From the NCBI GenBank assembly GCA_046753765.1, contig JBHHUN010000001.1, positions 12,141 through 76,140 of the forward strand: DNA of 64,000 nt, given 5' to 3'. The notes beneath the pieces were generated by a model, which was not told the DNA's origin, made no database searches, and was given only the letters and a program-made list of their open reading frames with translations. Below are positions 1 to 9,700 of this stretch, piece by piece. Source of the DNA: Candidatus Dojkabacteria bacterium. Its GTDB lineage: Bacteria > Patescibacteriota > Dojkabacteria > B142 > OLB20. Position 1 is the stretch's first letter. The number at the start of each line of letters is the position of its first letter. Both the position numbers and the translations under genes were made by a program.

Positions 1-1
1 T

Positions 2-283
2 CAGCCTGTAGTTGGACTTGGAGCCTTAAGCTTCTTTGCTTCAGTCGTAGCGGTAGAGTTAATTGTACGGTTGGGTACTTTTATTTCAGCCGAGAGCCAT
101 ATGCTTAAATCATTTCTTGTTTTTGTTGGAGCGTTAGTGATATATCACTTGCTGTCGCTGCTTTTCGGATACCACAATATTCAGCTTGACGCAGCGGTCA
201 TCTTTGTGAACCTGCTGGTATTCCTGGTAGTTATGTTAATCTACGGTAAACTAAAGCAACCGGAAAATGCATTTAAAACCTAG
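2..283 (+). CDS. Partial multi-pass membrane protein, probably rod-shape protein MreD-like (5' end outside window)
   Basis: The frame is open from base 2 (QPVVGLGALSFFASVVAVELIVRLGTF...) with three hydrophobic segments. It overlaps the start of PBP2, matching the usual mreD-mrdA position. Confidence 0.5.
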   Translation, partial: QPVVGLGALSFFASVVAVELIVRLGTFISAESHMLKSFLVFVGALVIYHLLSLLFGYHNIQLDAAVIFVNLLVFLVVMLIYGKLKQPENAFKT

Positions 284-2168
284 CCGCCAGCGCAACCGTA
301 TCGATTTTCTTTCCGTATCAGAGTCAAACTCTAGAAGTGGGATTGGTGGTTTTAACTGGAGGTTTGTCTCAGTGTACATACTCACAATTCTTGTCTTCAG
401 CTTTCTTTTTTATAATCTCTTTGACCTACAGATAATTGAAGGCAGCCAGAATCTGTTAATTGCCAGCAGAATCAACCAGATCAGTAGCAGGGTTCTTCCG
501 CCACGTGGGCTGATATTTGATACTCAGGGGCGTAAGCTTGCATATAACGTCCCGGCGTATTCTTTGTACGTCAATACATATGAGCTTGATAGCGAACAGG
601 AGGAGGGGCTCATAACAAAGGTAGCAGGTGTAATGAATGTGAATGCGAAACAGCTTACGAAAACATTCAGGTCAAAAGTATATAAAGATGGAGAGAGGAT
701 CTTGGCAAACAGGATTACGCTTAATGCAGATTTAAGGTTTGACCAGTATCTTGGTTTAGTGACCGTTCTTGACGAGCTGCCGGGTTTCAAGATAAATGTT
801 GAGCCAATAAGAAGATACGTCGACAGTAATTACTTCGCTCACCTGATCGGGTACGTTGGGGACCCCACACAAAGTGATGTTGAAAACGGCACTTATTCTG
901 AGTCGCAGATCGGTAAGGTTGGTATAGAGCTTTACTATGACGATGTTCTTAGAGGTGTAGAAGGAATCGAGGTAACTGAACAGGGCATCCTGGATAGTAG
1001 AGAAAGAGTGTATACACCCCAAGAGGCAAAATATGGTGACAATCTGTTTCTGACTGTCGACTCAAAGTGGCAGAAAAAGCTGACCAGTATAATGCGATCG
1101 CAACTGGACGAGGTCAAGGCCTTCGCAAGCTCAGGGGTAATAATGAACAGCGATACTGGTGAGATCAAAGCAATGGTGAGTATCCCCAGTTTCGACAACA
1201 ACCTGTTTGCAGGCGGTATTAGCGGAAAGGATTTTGCAAACCTGATTAATGATCCCAAAACACCACTGCTTAACAGAGCTATTGGTCTCCAGTTACCGCC
1301 GGGTTCGGTTTGGAAGGTGATAGGTGCAACGGCAGGTCTCGAAGAAGGTGTTATAACCGAACACACACGTTTTCTATCAGATCGGTGCCTGGAACTCCCG
1401 GGTGACGTTTTCTTCTGCGAGGCTGACAGTGGCTACATTGGTGAGGTAGACGTCAAAGAGGCAATAGCCCAATCAAGTAACATCTTTTTTTGTAAGGTTG
1501 CTCTTGAGCTGAACTCAGAGAGAAAAGGCATAAGAACTCTTATTGACTATGCTGAGCGCTACGGACTGGGGCAGACTACAGGTGTTGATCTGCCTGCTGA
1601 ACAGAAAGGAACAATGGCGTCCCCGGAGCTTAAGAATAAACTCTGGAATGAGCCTTGGTATCTTGGGGACGAGTGCAACACAATAATTGGGCAGGGGCTT
1701 GTTACGGTCACGCCAATCCAGATGGTAGTCGTTGCATCAGCGATCAACAATGGGGGGAAAGTAATCGAACCACACCTCCTCTCTAGGGTTGAGGACCAGT
1801 CAGGGAAGGTGGTTCTTGAGAAGGAAAAAAGTGTCGTTCGGAACCTTAACGTATCTGCAAATACGCTCCGGATAATTAAGGAGGGAATGCGTAGCTCTGC
1901 ACTTCATGGTACTGCGCAGAGTCTTGGAGGGCTTCCTGGAAACGTAGTTGCTAAAACGGGGTCATCAGATGCAGGTGAGTATATTCAGGGGAAGTATTAC
2001 GCGGGGGCCCACTCCTGGGTGATCGGTTGTTTCGACTATAACGGTGAGAATTTCTGTTTTATCACAATGCAGCAATGGGGTGGTCGCGGATACAAAACTG
2101 TACCAATTATGAAAAAATTCATAAATTGTCTTTACAATGACTTCCGAGGCAACTGTGAAAATATATGA
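267..2168 (+). CDS. mrdA: Penicillin-binding protein 2 (class B transpeptidase)
   Basis: N-terminal TM; PPRGLIFD and IGKVGIE dimerisation-domain motifs; catalytic SxxK (PGSVWK), SxN (SSN) and KTG (AKTGS). Confidence 0.9.
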   Translation: MHLKPSRQRNRIDFLSVSESNSRSGIGGFNWRFVSVYILTILVFSFLFYNLFDLQIIEGSQNLLIASRINQISSRVLPPRGLIFDTQGRKLAYNVPAYSLYVNTYELDSEQEEGLITKVAGVMNVNAKQLTKTFRSKVYKDGERILANRITLNADLRFDQYLGLVTVLDELPGFKINVEPIRRYVDSNYFAHLIGYVGDPTQSDVENGTYSESQIGKVGIELYYDDVLRGVEGIEVTEQGILDSRERVYTPQEAKYGDNLFLTVDSKWQKKLTSIMRSQLDEVKAFASSGVIMNSDTGEIKAMVSIPSFDNNLFAGGISGKDFANLINDPKTPLLNRAIGLQLPPGSVWKVIGATAGLEEGVITEHTRFLSDRCLELPGDVFFCEADSGYIGEVDVKEAIAQSSNIFFCKVALELNSERKGIRTLIDYAERYGLGQTTGVDLPAEQKGTMASPELKNKLWNEPWYLGDECNTIIGQGLVTVTPIQMVVVASAINNGGKVIEPHLLSRVEDQSGKVVLEKEKSVVRNLNVSANTLRIIKEGMRSSALHGTAQSLGGLPGNVVAKTGSSDAGEYIQGKYYAGAHSWVIGCFDYNGENFCFITMQQWGGRGYKTVPIMKKFINCLYNDFRGNCENI

Positions 2169-3214
2169 CCAGAAAAGAGAAGATTCTTCGCTTACAGCTA
2201 TCGCAAGTTGCCGGCATAGGGCCGGCTACATTCGTTAAGGTGCTCGAAAAGTTCGGCACCGTATCATCTTTCCTTGAGTGTGATTCCAGAGTAAAGAGTA
2301 AAATTATGCGAAATTGTCGTCTGTCGGGTAGTCTGGTGGGTTACGATTTTGATACGAGCGATTTTCTTGTTCTCGGTGAGCAGAACTACCCACATTTGCT
2401 CTCACAAATGAACGACCCACCGCCAGTAATTTTTAAATCCGGGAGTATTTCGGATCTTAATAACTGCAACTTTTTGAGTATAGTCGGTACCAGAAAACCG
2501 AGTGACTATGGAAATGAAATGGCGAGACAGATTACAACCCGTGCTGTCGAAAAAGGGTTCGTGGTTGTGAGTGGACTCGCGCTTGGTATAGATTCGGTTG
2601 CTCACAGGGCGGCCCTTGAGGCTGGGGGAGAGACGGTGGCAATACTCGGAACGGGAATAAGAAATGTGTATCCCAGAACCAATATTCCTCTTGCCAGCAA
2701 AGTCAAGAATAAGGGGCTCTTACTATCAGAGTTTCATAATCCACCCGATACCCAGAAACACCTTTTTCCAAGGCGAAACAGAATTATCGCTGGTATATCA
2801 ACGGCGACAATCGTCGTAGAAGCCCCTGAAAAAAGTGGGGCACTTATAACTGCAGACTTTGCATTTAACTACAATCGTTTTGTTTACGCTGTTCCTTCAA
2901 ATGCCAGCTCTTTTAGGGGAAGGGGCGGAAATAAGTTGATCCAGAGCAACAAAGCGAAGTTGTTCACGTCCATTGAAGATATCTTGGTTGACCTATCTCC
3001 AACCCTGACGGGTGACAGCCGACAATTGGATGAAAACCATGAAGACCCTCTTGTCACTGTTTTATGCTCAGGCGCCTCGAACTTTGATGAAATTTTAAAA
3101 TCTGTTAATATGACAGCTGCAAAGCTCAGGCAAAGCCTTACAGATCTTGAACTTAGGGGTGTAATTGCCAAAGACGTACTAGGTAACTATACTGTCCTGA
3201 CCACAAAATCATGA
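2165..3214 (+). CDS. dprA: DNA-processing protein DprA
   Basis: IVGTRKPSDYG, VVSGLALGIDSVAH, FPRRNRIIAG and EAPEKSGALITA motifs; C-terminal winged helix; dprA-topA adjacency. Confidence 0.95.
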   Translation: MTRKEKILRLQLSQVAGIGPATFVKVLEKFGTVSSFLECDSRVKSKIMRNCRLSGSLVGYDFDTSDFLVLGEQNYPHLLSQMNDPPPVIFKSGSISDLNNCNFLSIVGTRKPSDYGNEMARQITTRAVEKGFVVVSGLALGIDSVAHRAALEAGGETVAILGTGIRNVYPRTNIPLASKVKNKGLLLSEFHNPPDTQKHLFPRRNRIIAGISTATIVVEAPEKSGALITADFAFNYNRFVYAVPSNASSFRGRGGNKLIQSNKAKLFTSIEDILVDLSPTLTGDSRQLDENHEDPLVTVLCSGASNFDEILKSVNMTAAKLRQSLTDLELRGVIAKDVLGNYTVLTTKS

Positions 3215-5451
3215 AATTAGTAATAGTCGAATCGCCTTCCAAGGCAAAAACAATCGAAAAGTATCTGGGGAAAGACTATAAGGTGATGGCCTCAAAGGGA
3301 CATATTGTAGACTTGCCCAAATCAGAGATAGGGATTAATGTGGACAATAAGTTCAAACCGACTTATGTAGTTACTAAAGAAGCATCTCTTAAGAAGCTTA
3401 AGGCTGCATTTAAAGATGCGGACGAGCTTGTACTGGCAGTTGATCCGGACAGGGAAGGAGAGGCAATTGGTTGGCATGTGGCACGTGAGCTTAAATTATT
3501 AAACGAGAAGGGGGATACTGTAAGGAGAGGCCGAAAGCTCAAAAGGATAGTCTTTACAGAGATAACAGAAGAAGCTGTTAGGCACGCAATCGCTAACCCC
3601 AGAGAGATAAACCTTAACTTAGTGAATGCACAGCAGGCCAGAAGAATCCTTGACAGACTTGTCGGGTACAAGCTTTCGCCTTTGCTTTGGAAGAAGATAC
3701 GGTTTGGTCTTTCGGCCGGGCGTGTTCAGTCTGTTGCTGTTAAATTGATCGTTGATAGAGAGCGTGAGCGTGATTTATTTAAGGCAGACGAGTATTGGGA
3801 TATTACTGCATTTCTGTCTCAAAGTGATGGAAAAGGCAGAGTCAAAGAGATAGTTAGAAAGGGCGAAGAGGAAAAGCCTGAATTTGATGCAAAGCTACTG
3901 CCATTTTTGCTTACAAAGATCAATGCAAAAAAGGCTGAGGTTGGTAACCATAAGGCTGTAGAGGGTATTTTTGCAAAACTTCGTGGACAGAAATGGATTA
4001 TTGATGGTATTGAGAGCAAAGAGGTGAAGCGTTCTCCAAAGCCACCATTCACAACGAGCACCCTACAGCAGGCGGCAGCGAACCGCTTTGGGATGACTGC
4101 GAGACAAACAATGAGTCTTGCACAGAAACTTTACGAATCCGGGCTTATAACTTACATGAGAACCGATTCGGTTACTTTGTCTAAAGCGGCCATCAATGAC
4201 GCAAGGAAGTACATCGGCAGCAAATTTGGTGACAAATTCATGCCTGGGCAACCAAGAGCGTATAAAACGAAATCAAAAGCCAGTCAGGAGGCACACGAGG
4301 CTGTTAGGCCGACCAACTTCAAGAAGCAGCCTGGAGAGTTCAAGCTTGAAGCCAAACAGGCAAAGATATACAAATTAATCTGGCAGCGTGCTCTGGCCTC
4401 ACAGATGGAAAACGCTAAACTAGAAAGCTCGGTTGTGAAGATAAAGATAGCGGAATATCTTTTTCAGTTGAATGGTCAGAAAATCCTGTTTCCGGGATTC
4501 CTTAAGGTGTACTCAGAAAAGGTGAGCGAGACTATTCTGCCATCCCTTAAAGAGGGACAGGAGCTTTATGCGAACACGGTCTTTGGTGACCAGCACTTCA
4601 CAAAACCTCCAGCAAGGTACTCAGAAGCGTCTCTTATTAAAGCACTCGAGGCAGCTGGTATCGGACGACCATCTACCTACGCCCCGATTATCTCAACAAT
4701 AATGACACGAAAATATGTTGAAAAAGATGGTCGCTACTTCTTCCCGACAGACACAGGAATAGTAGTTACAAAACTCCTTGAGACGCACTTTGAGGACATC
4801 GTTGATACCGATTTCACTGCAGAAATGGAAACGAGCCTTGATAAGATCGCCAGTGGAGAGCAGGATTGGGTGAAAATGCTTAGTGATTTCTACAAGCCAT
4901 TTATCAAAAACCTCGAAAAGAAAGATAAAGAGATAAAAAGGGAAGACTTCACAAAACTTGGTGACAGCGATAAAAAGTGTCCCCTCTGTAAAAAACCAAT
5001 GATAATCAAGCTGGGACGGTATGGTAGATTTTTAAGTTGTAGCGATTTTCCAGACTGCAAGGGAATGACATCAATGGATGGAAAAACTGAGGAAGATATC
5101 GCTCATGAGGCGCATACAGAGAAGTTCCTTGCGATTTATGCTCCTGCTCCCAAGACTGATGATGATAGGGATTATATCCTGAAGATTGGAAGATATGGAA
5201 AGTTCTTTGCTCATCCTGACTATCCGAAAGTTAAGGATGCTCGTCCACTTGAATACAACACAAAAATATTCAAAAAGGTCTATGGAACAGCACCCAAAGC
5301 AAAAGATGGAACTAAAATGATACTGCGGCGCGGACGTTTCGGTGAGTTTTGGGCCCATCCCGACTATCCTGACAAGAAGGAAGTTGTAAGAATTAACAAG
5401 AAAGAGATTGCAGCAAAAAAAGAGGAATTGGGAATCGCTTCTACTAACTAA
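3211..5451 (+). CDS. topA: DNA topoisomerase I
   Basis: LVIVESPSKAKTI, DPDREGEAI, SAGRVQS, ITYMRTDS (catalytic Tyr) and QEAHEAVRPT motifs. Confidence 0.97.
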   Translation: MKLVIVESPSKAKTIEKYLGKDYKVMASKGHIVDLPKSEIGINVDNKFKPTYVVTKEASLKKLKAAFKDADELVLAVDPDREGEAIGWHVARELKLLNEKGDTVRRGRKLKRIVFTEITEEAVRHAIANPREINLNLVNAQQARRILDRLVGYKLSPLLWKKIRFGLSAGRVQSVAVKLIVDRERERDLFKADEYWDITAFLSQSDGKGRVKEIVRKGEEEKPEFDAKLLPFLLTKINAKKAEVGNHKAVEGIFAKLRGQKWIIDGIESKEVKRSPKPPFTTSTLQQAAANRFGMTARQTMSLAQKLYESGLITYMRTDSVTLSKAAINDARKYIGSKFGDKFMPGQPRAYKTKSKASQEAHEAVRPTNFKKQPGEFKLEAKQAKIYKLIWQRALASQMENAKLESSVVKIKIAEYLFQLNGQKILFPGFLKVYSEKVSETILPSLKEGQELYANTVFGDQHFTKPPARYSEASLIKALEAAGIGRPSTYAPIISTIMTRKYVEKDGRYFFPTDTGIVVTKLLETHFEDIVDTDFTAEMETSLDKIASGEQDWVKMLSDFYKPFIKNLEKKDKEIKREDFTKLGDSDKKCPLCKKPMIIKLGRYGRFLSCSDFPDCKGMTSMDGKTEEDIAHEAHTEKFLAIYAPAPKTDDDRDYILKIGRYGKFFAHPDYPKVKDARPLEYNTKIFKKVYGTAPKAKDGTKMILRRGRFGEFWAHPDYPDKKEVVRINKKEIAAKKEELGIASTN

Positions 5452-5463
5452 ACACTTGCTTAG

Positions 5464-5474
5464 TGTGCTATAAT
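5464..5474 (+). promoter_or_regulatory. Extended -10 promoter of rpsB-tsf
   Basis: TGTGCTATAAT lies just upstream of the rpsB leader. Confidence 0.7.
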
Positions 5475-5480
5475 CATTCC

Positions 5481-5571
5481 AAATTCACACACCCCTTTAA
5501 TTTATATTCCTTGTCACTTGAGGCATATGTCAAAGTGATCACAGGGGTGGAGGCGGAAAGGAGTAACAAGT
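5481..5571 (+). promoter_or_regulatory. rpsB 5' leader (t44/S2-leader-like structured RNA)
   Basis: CACACACCCC (5486-5495) can pair with GGGGTG(GAGGC) (5544-5554). Inner stem TCACTT/AAGTGA (5514-5519/5533-5538). Same CACACAC...GTGGAGGC frame as the E. coli rpsB leader. SD AAGGAG at 5558. Confidence 0.6.
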
Positions 5572-6588
5572 ATGGCTACAACAAAAAAGACCGCTGCGTC
5601 TTCGAAAAAAGCAGCAAAGGCAGCGACTAAAGCTACCCCAAAAAGTTCTACCGTTAAGATGCCCGAAGTTCAGGAGTTCCTCAAAGCGGGGGTTCAGTTT
5701 GGACATCAATCTAAGAAATGGAACCCTAAGATGAAGAAGTTCATCTTCACAAAAAGGGATCAGATTCATATCATTGATATCTCGAAAACCCTCCCTGCAC
5801 TTGAGAAGGCGCTGATCTTCTTGCAACAGGTTGCCGAGAAAGGCAGTGTACTTTTCGTTGGAACCAAAAGACAGGCGGCAGAAATTACAAGGGAGCTTGC
5901 AATTGATGCTGGTGCTTTTTACATCAATCACAGGTGGCCTGGAGGACTACTGACTAACTTCAATATGCTTAAGAAAAGTTTAAAGGTCTTTAATGAACTT
6001 GAGGCCGAATTTGAGAGTGGGATTGAAGACCGTACAAAATTTGAGGTCTCACAGATGAAGAAGGAATGGGAAAAGATGAGCAGGCTCTATGAGGGGATCA
6101 AATCGATGGTTGACTTCCCAAAGGCTATTGTCGTTGTTGATACAAAATACGAGAGAAACACAATCAGAGAGGCAAAAAGTAAAGGAATTCCTGTTATTGG
6201 AATGGTCGACACAAATAGTGATCCGGCCAATATCGACTACCCGATCCCCGCCAATGACGATGCAGTCAGGTCTCTTAGATTGATACTTGGACTGTTGGCA
6301 GAAGCCGTTAAAAAGGGAAACAAGGGTAATGGGGTGAAGCACAAACTCAAAGATTATTCCAAGTTTGAAGTTAAACTGATTAAGACTGAAGTCAAGGCAG
6401 AAGACAAGGTTGAGATTGAAGTGGAATCGAGACCAGAACCGAAGGTGGTTAAACCAATTAAAGTTGTACCGACCGAAAGAAAGAAAGCGAAATCAACTGA
6501 AGGGAAGGGGCTTCTGGAACAAATGCAGGAAGAATCAGAAACCGCAAAAAGAAAAAAGGCTAAAAAGGTGAGAAGGGTAAAAAAATAG
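5572..6588 (+). CDS. rpsB: 30S ribosomal protein S2 with N- and C-terminal extensions
   Basis: KAGVQFGH, WNPKMKKFI, VLFVGTKRQA, RWPGGLLTNF, VDTNSDP and IPANDDA motifs. Confidence 0.97.
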   Translation: MATTKKTAASSKKAAKAATKATPKSSTVKMPEVQEFLKAGVQFGHQSKKWNPKMKKFIFTKRDQIHIIDISKTLPALEKALIFLQQVAEKGSVLFVGTKRQAAEITRELAIDAGAFYINHRWPGGLLTNFNMLKKSLKVFNELEAEFESGIEDRTKFEVSQMKKEWEKMSRLYEGIKSMVDFPKAIVVVDTKYERNTIREAKSKGIPVIGMVDTNSDPANIDYPIPANDDAVRSLRLILGLLAEAVKKGNKGNGVKHKLKDYSKFEVKLIKTEVKAEDKVEIEVESRPEPKVVKPIKVVPTERKKAKSTEGKGLLEQMQEESETAKRKKAKKVRRVKK

Positions 6589-6619
6589 GCTAAAATACTT
6601 TTTATTATTAGGTTACAAA

Positions 6620-7231
6620 ATGAAGATTACATTAGATCAGATCAAAGAGCTCCGTACTAGAACAGGTGCTGGCGTCACGGCAGTTAAGCAGGCGCTCGAA
6701 GAGAGCAAGGGTGACACAGAAAAAGCCATAGCATCACTTCGTGAGAAGGGTATTGCAAAGGCTGCTAAAAGGGCAGATAAGCGTGCCAACAACGGTTTTA
6801 TTGCTCACTATATCCATGGAAATGGAAGCATGGGGGTTCTGCTTGAGCTAAATTCCGAAACAGACTTTGCAGCACGTAGTGAAGAGTTTCAAGAGTTGGC
6901 CAGGGAATTAGCAGTTCATGTTGCCGCTATGGATCCCGAGTACATAGCCATTGAGCACGTACCTCCTGAGGTTATTGAAAAAGAGGTTGAAATTGCTAAG
7001 AAAAGCGTTGATAAGGGCAAGCCAGATGAGGTTGTCAACAAGATCGTGGAAGGCAAGCTTGAGAAATTCTATAAAGAAGTCGTGCTACTCGAACAGGCAT
7101 ACGTTAAAGACGATAGTAAGCAGGTCAAAGATCTTTTAAACGAGGCTTTGGCAGCTATCGGTGAAAAGATTGAAGTCGGCAGGTTCTGTAGATTTAAGAT
7201 TGCAGGATCAGCAACAGCTTGTAACCTTTAA
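6620..7231 (+). CDS. tsf: Elongation factor Ts (short form)
   Basis: IKELRTRTGAG, ELNSETDFAA and LLEQAYVKD motifs; follows rpsB. Confidence 0.96.
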   Translation: MKITLDQIKELRTRTGAGVTAVKQALEESKGDTEKAIASLREKGIAKAAKRADKRANNGFIAHYIHGNGSMGVLLELNSETDFAARSEEFQELARELAVHVAAMDPEYIAIEHVPPEVIEKEVEIAKKSVDKGKPDEVVNKIVEGKLEKFYKEVVLLEQAYVKDDSKQVKDLLNEALAAIGEKIEVGRFCRFKIAGSATACNL

Positions 7232-7233
7232 GC

Positions 7234-7788
7234 ATGAGTATACCTTTCGACAAAGCAGAATCGAAGTTTAAGGAGGTCGTTGAATTTCTAGGCTCCGAAC
7301 TTGTAGGAATGCGTGCAGGGAGAGCAAGTCCTGCCCTTGTTGAGAATATCCAGGTAGAAGCATACAGTCAGAAGATGCCGTTAAATCAGCTGGCAAACAT
7401 CATTGTTGTCGATGCCACGCTTATCACAGTAAAGCCTTGGGATAAGGCTACAATCGATGCTATAGAGAAGGCTCTCAAAGCGGCTGATCTTGGTATCAAA
7501 GTCCAGGCTGACGGCGAGCAATTAAGGTTACCAATCCCCCCGCTTACTGAGGAGCGCAGACAGGAATACGTAAAACTCATGAAAACGAAGCTTGAAGAGT
7601 CCAGAATTGCTATAAGACAGATAAGAAAAGATGTCCTTGACGGGCTTGAAGCAGACCAGGATAGAAAACTCATTACTGAAGACGATCACACAAGGCTTGA
7701 AAAAGAGTTACAGGGTCTTGTTGACAAGTATAACGACCAAATCAAAGAGATCGGAAAAGATAAGGAGGCAGAATTACTCGAAGTTTAG
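7234..7788 (+). CDS. frr: Ribosome recycling factor
   Basis: RAGRASP, IPPLTEERRQEYVK and RIAIRQIRKD motifs. Confidence 0.96.
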   Translation: MSIPFDKAESKFKEVVEFLGSELVGMRAGRASPALVENIQVEAYSQKMPLNQLANIIVVDATLITVKPWDKATIDAIEKALKAADLGIKVQADGEQLRLPIPPLTEERRQEYVKLMKTKLEESRIAIRQIRKDVLDGLEADQDRKLITEDDHTRLEKELQGLVDKYNDQIKEIGKDKEAELLEV

Positions 7789-7803
7789 TTAGGATTCAAA
7801 TAT

Positions 7804-9399
7804 ATGGAGTTTGTTCTCTCTATTGCCATTTTTTTTCTTCTACTTGGACTGCTCATATTCGTTCATGAGCTGGGACATTTTTTGGCTGCCAAATGGTCGG
7901 GGGTTGTTGTGCAGGAATTCGCATTCGGGTTTGGGCCCTTGCTTTTCGCCAAACGGTTTAAGGGTACTGAATACCAGTTAAGGCTCTTCCCGTTAGGAGG
8001 GTTCGTAAAAATGCTGGGCGACCAGGATGCTACCAGTTTCTCAAGATACACTGCAAAAAAGTATGCCCGGTCAGACAAGAGGTATGCGCTTAAAGTTCTT
8101 AAAGAGGCTGGAATTGATCCTGTAAAAGATCCTTTCAGCAAAGTTGAAAACTTTGTCAAAGATGCCGGGAAGGAGCTCGAAAAAGATGACTTCATCAAAC
8201 TCAATAACTATTACGCTTTTGAGTATATTCCGTCTCACCCTGGTAACTATGATAACAAGAGAACAAGAAGCAGAATAATTATCAACGTTGCGGGTGTTGT
8301 AATGAACTTCTTTTTGGGTGCGTTGATTTTTTACCTGCTGTTCCAGTTTACTAATTACACGTCTGACCTTATTAAAATAGGTACGCCACCTCTGATTGGC
8401 GTCGAAACGTCGTCTCCACCTGCAATATTTAAGGTCTATACCGAAAGCAATGCAGACCTTGAGGGCGGAGTAATACTTATGGCAAACGGTGAAACCGTGA
8501 CCTCAGAAGATGAGTTTATAGCGTTAGTTGAGGCGAATGAGAATCAATCGGTAGAGATTGAGGTGTTCACACAGAACGGGTACGTTAGGCGACCAGTTGT
8601 CTTAAGTGGTGACGGTGTACAGACTAACTTTGACTCCGATGTCAGGGACAAGATAATTGTGCTTAGCGTTCAGGATGATTCTGCTGCAAGCGCAGCAGGG
8701 TTAGAGGCAGACAGTGTGATCATTGCCTTTAATGGCGAAGAGCTTGAAACAACTGATCGCATGCTGGAGCTACTCGATAGCAATCGTGGACAGGAGGTTG
8801 AGCTTGGGTACTATGACTCCAATGGTGACCTGCAAACCGCTGTTACTCAGCTTCCTGATCCGGCCGAAGGTGAGCCAATCCTCGGTGCATCCCTGGCATC
8901 TAACGATCCGTTTTACAGGGGGGCAGTCAGGGTTTCGTATCAAAACAACAAGCTGCTCAGCGGCCTATTACATGCTTTAAATACAGGAGCTTACACACTT
9001 ACAGGACTTGGTGAGCTGATCGGGCAGTCAATTGCACAGCGTAGTCTACAGCCTGTCTCGCAAGGCGTGAGTAGTATCGTTGGTGTGGCTGATATTATTT
9101 ATTCGCTGGTTCAGATCGATGATTTTCTGAATATTCTAAACTTCACGGGGCTTATAAGTATCACCTTGGCTGTCATGAACATTTTGCCAATACCGTTGTT
9201 AGACGGTGGTAATCTAGTCTTCATTCTTCTTGAAAAATTCAGAGGCAGGCCACTTTCAGAGAAAAAACAGGAGATAATTTCCAGATACACATTCTACATT
9301 CTGATCGTCCTATTCCTGCTTGTAATAGTCAAAGACGTATTTCAGTTCGACTGGCCTGGCCGGATTCTGGGGCTTATCAGGGGTATATTTGGAGGCTAG
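7804..9399 (+). CDS. rseP: Site-2 intramembrane zinc metalloprotease (M50) with PDZ domains
   Basis: HELGH, FAFGFGP, PLGGFVKM and NILPIPLLDGG motifs; two PDZ-like segments. Confidence 0.9.
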   Translation: MEFVLSIAIFFLLLGLLIFVHELGHFLAAKWSGVVVQEFAFGFGPLLFAKRFKGTEYQLRLFPLGGFVKMLGDQDATSFSRYTAKKYARSDKRYALKVLKEAGIDPVKDPFSKVENFVKDAGKELEKDDFIKLNNYYAFEYIPSHPGNYDNKRTRSRIIINVAGVVMNFFLGALIFYLLFQFTNYTSDLIKIGTPPLIGVETSSPPAIFKVYTESNADLEGGVILMANGETVTSEDEFIALVEANENQSVEIEVFTQNGYVRRPVVLSGDGVQTNFDSDVRDKIIVLSVQDDSAASAAGLEADSVIIAFNGEELETTDRMLELLDSNRGQEVELGYYDSNGDLQTAVTQLPDPAEGEPILGASLASNDPFYRGAVRVSYQNNKLLSGLLHALNTGAYTLTGLGELIGQSIAQRSLQPVSQGVSSIVGVADIIYSLVQIDDFLNILNFTGLISITLAVMNILPIPLLDGGNLVFILLEKFRGRPLSEKKQEIISRYTFYILIVLFLLVIVKDVFQFDWPGRILGLIRGIFGG

Positions 9400-9403
9400 T
9401 ATC

Positions 9404-9412
9404 TGATATAAT
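9404..9412 (+). promoter_or_regulatory. Extended -10 promoter candidate for rpsU-dnaX
   Basis: TGATATAAT about 43 nt before the ATG; SD GGAGGT at 9441. Confidence 0.5.
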
Positions 9413-9454
9413 TAATCTCTCACTTGATTTCTTCTAGAACGGAGGTGTTAGTAA

Positions 9455-9667
9455 ATGTCAGTTATCGTTCATGATGACATGCCCATAGATCAGGCACTCA
9501 AGATGCTCTGGCGTGAGGCAAATAGAGAAAATATACCAGTTGAATTGTTAAAGAACCGTTACAGGGTCAAACCTGCTTCTGCCCGTCACGAGTTCAAGAA
9601 GTACTGGGAAAAAACCAAAAGGCGCCGAAAATCTGCTAAACGCAGACGCATCAGAGCAGGTAAATAA
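9455..9667 (+). CDS. rpsU: 30S ribosomal protein S21 (divergent)
   Basis: 70 aa and basic, with V-x-V...IDQALK and RYRVKPASAR (compare the S21 motif YEKPS); strong SD. Confidence 0.7.
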   Translation: MSVIVHDDMPIDQALKMLWREANRENIPVELLKNRYRVKPASARHEFKKYWEKTKRRRKSAKRRRIRAGK

Positions 9668-9700
9668 AGCTTACCAAATCAACCAATTTACGATTATAAG

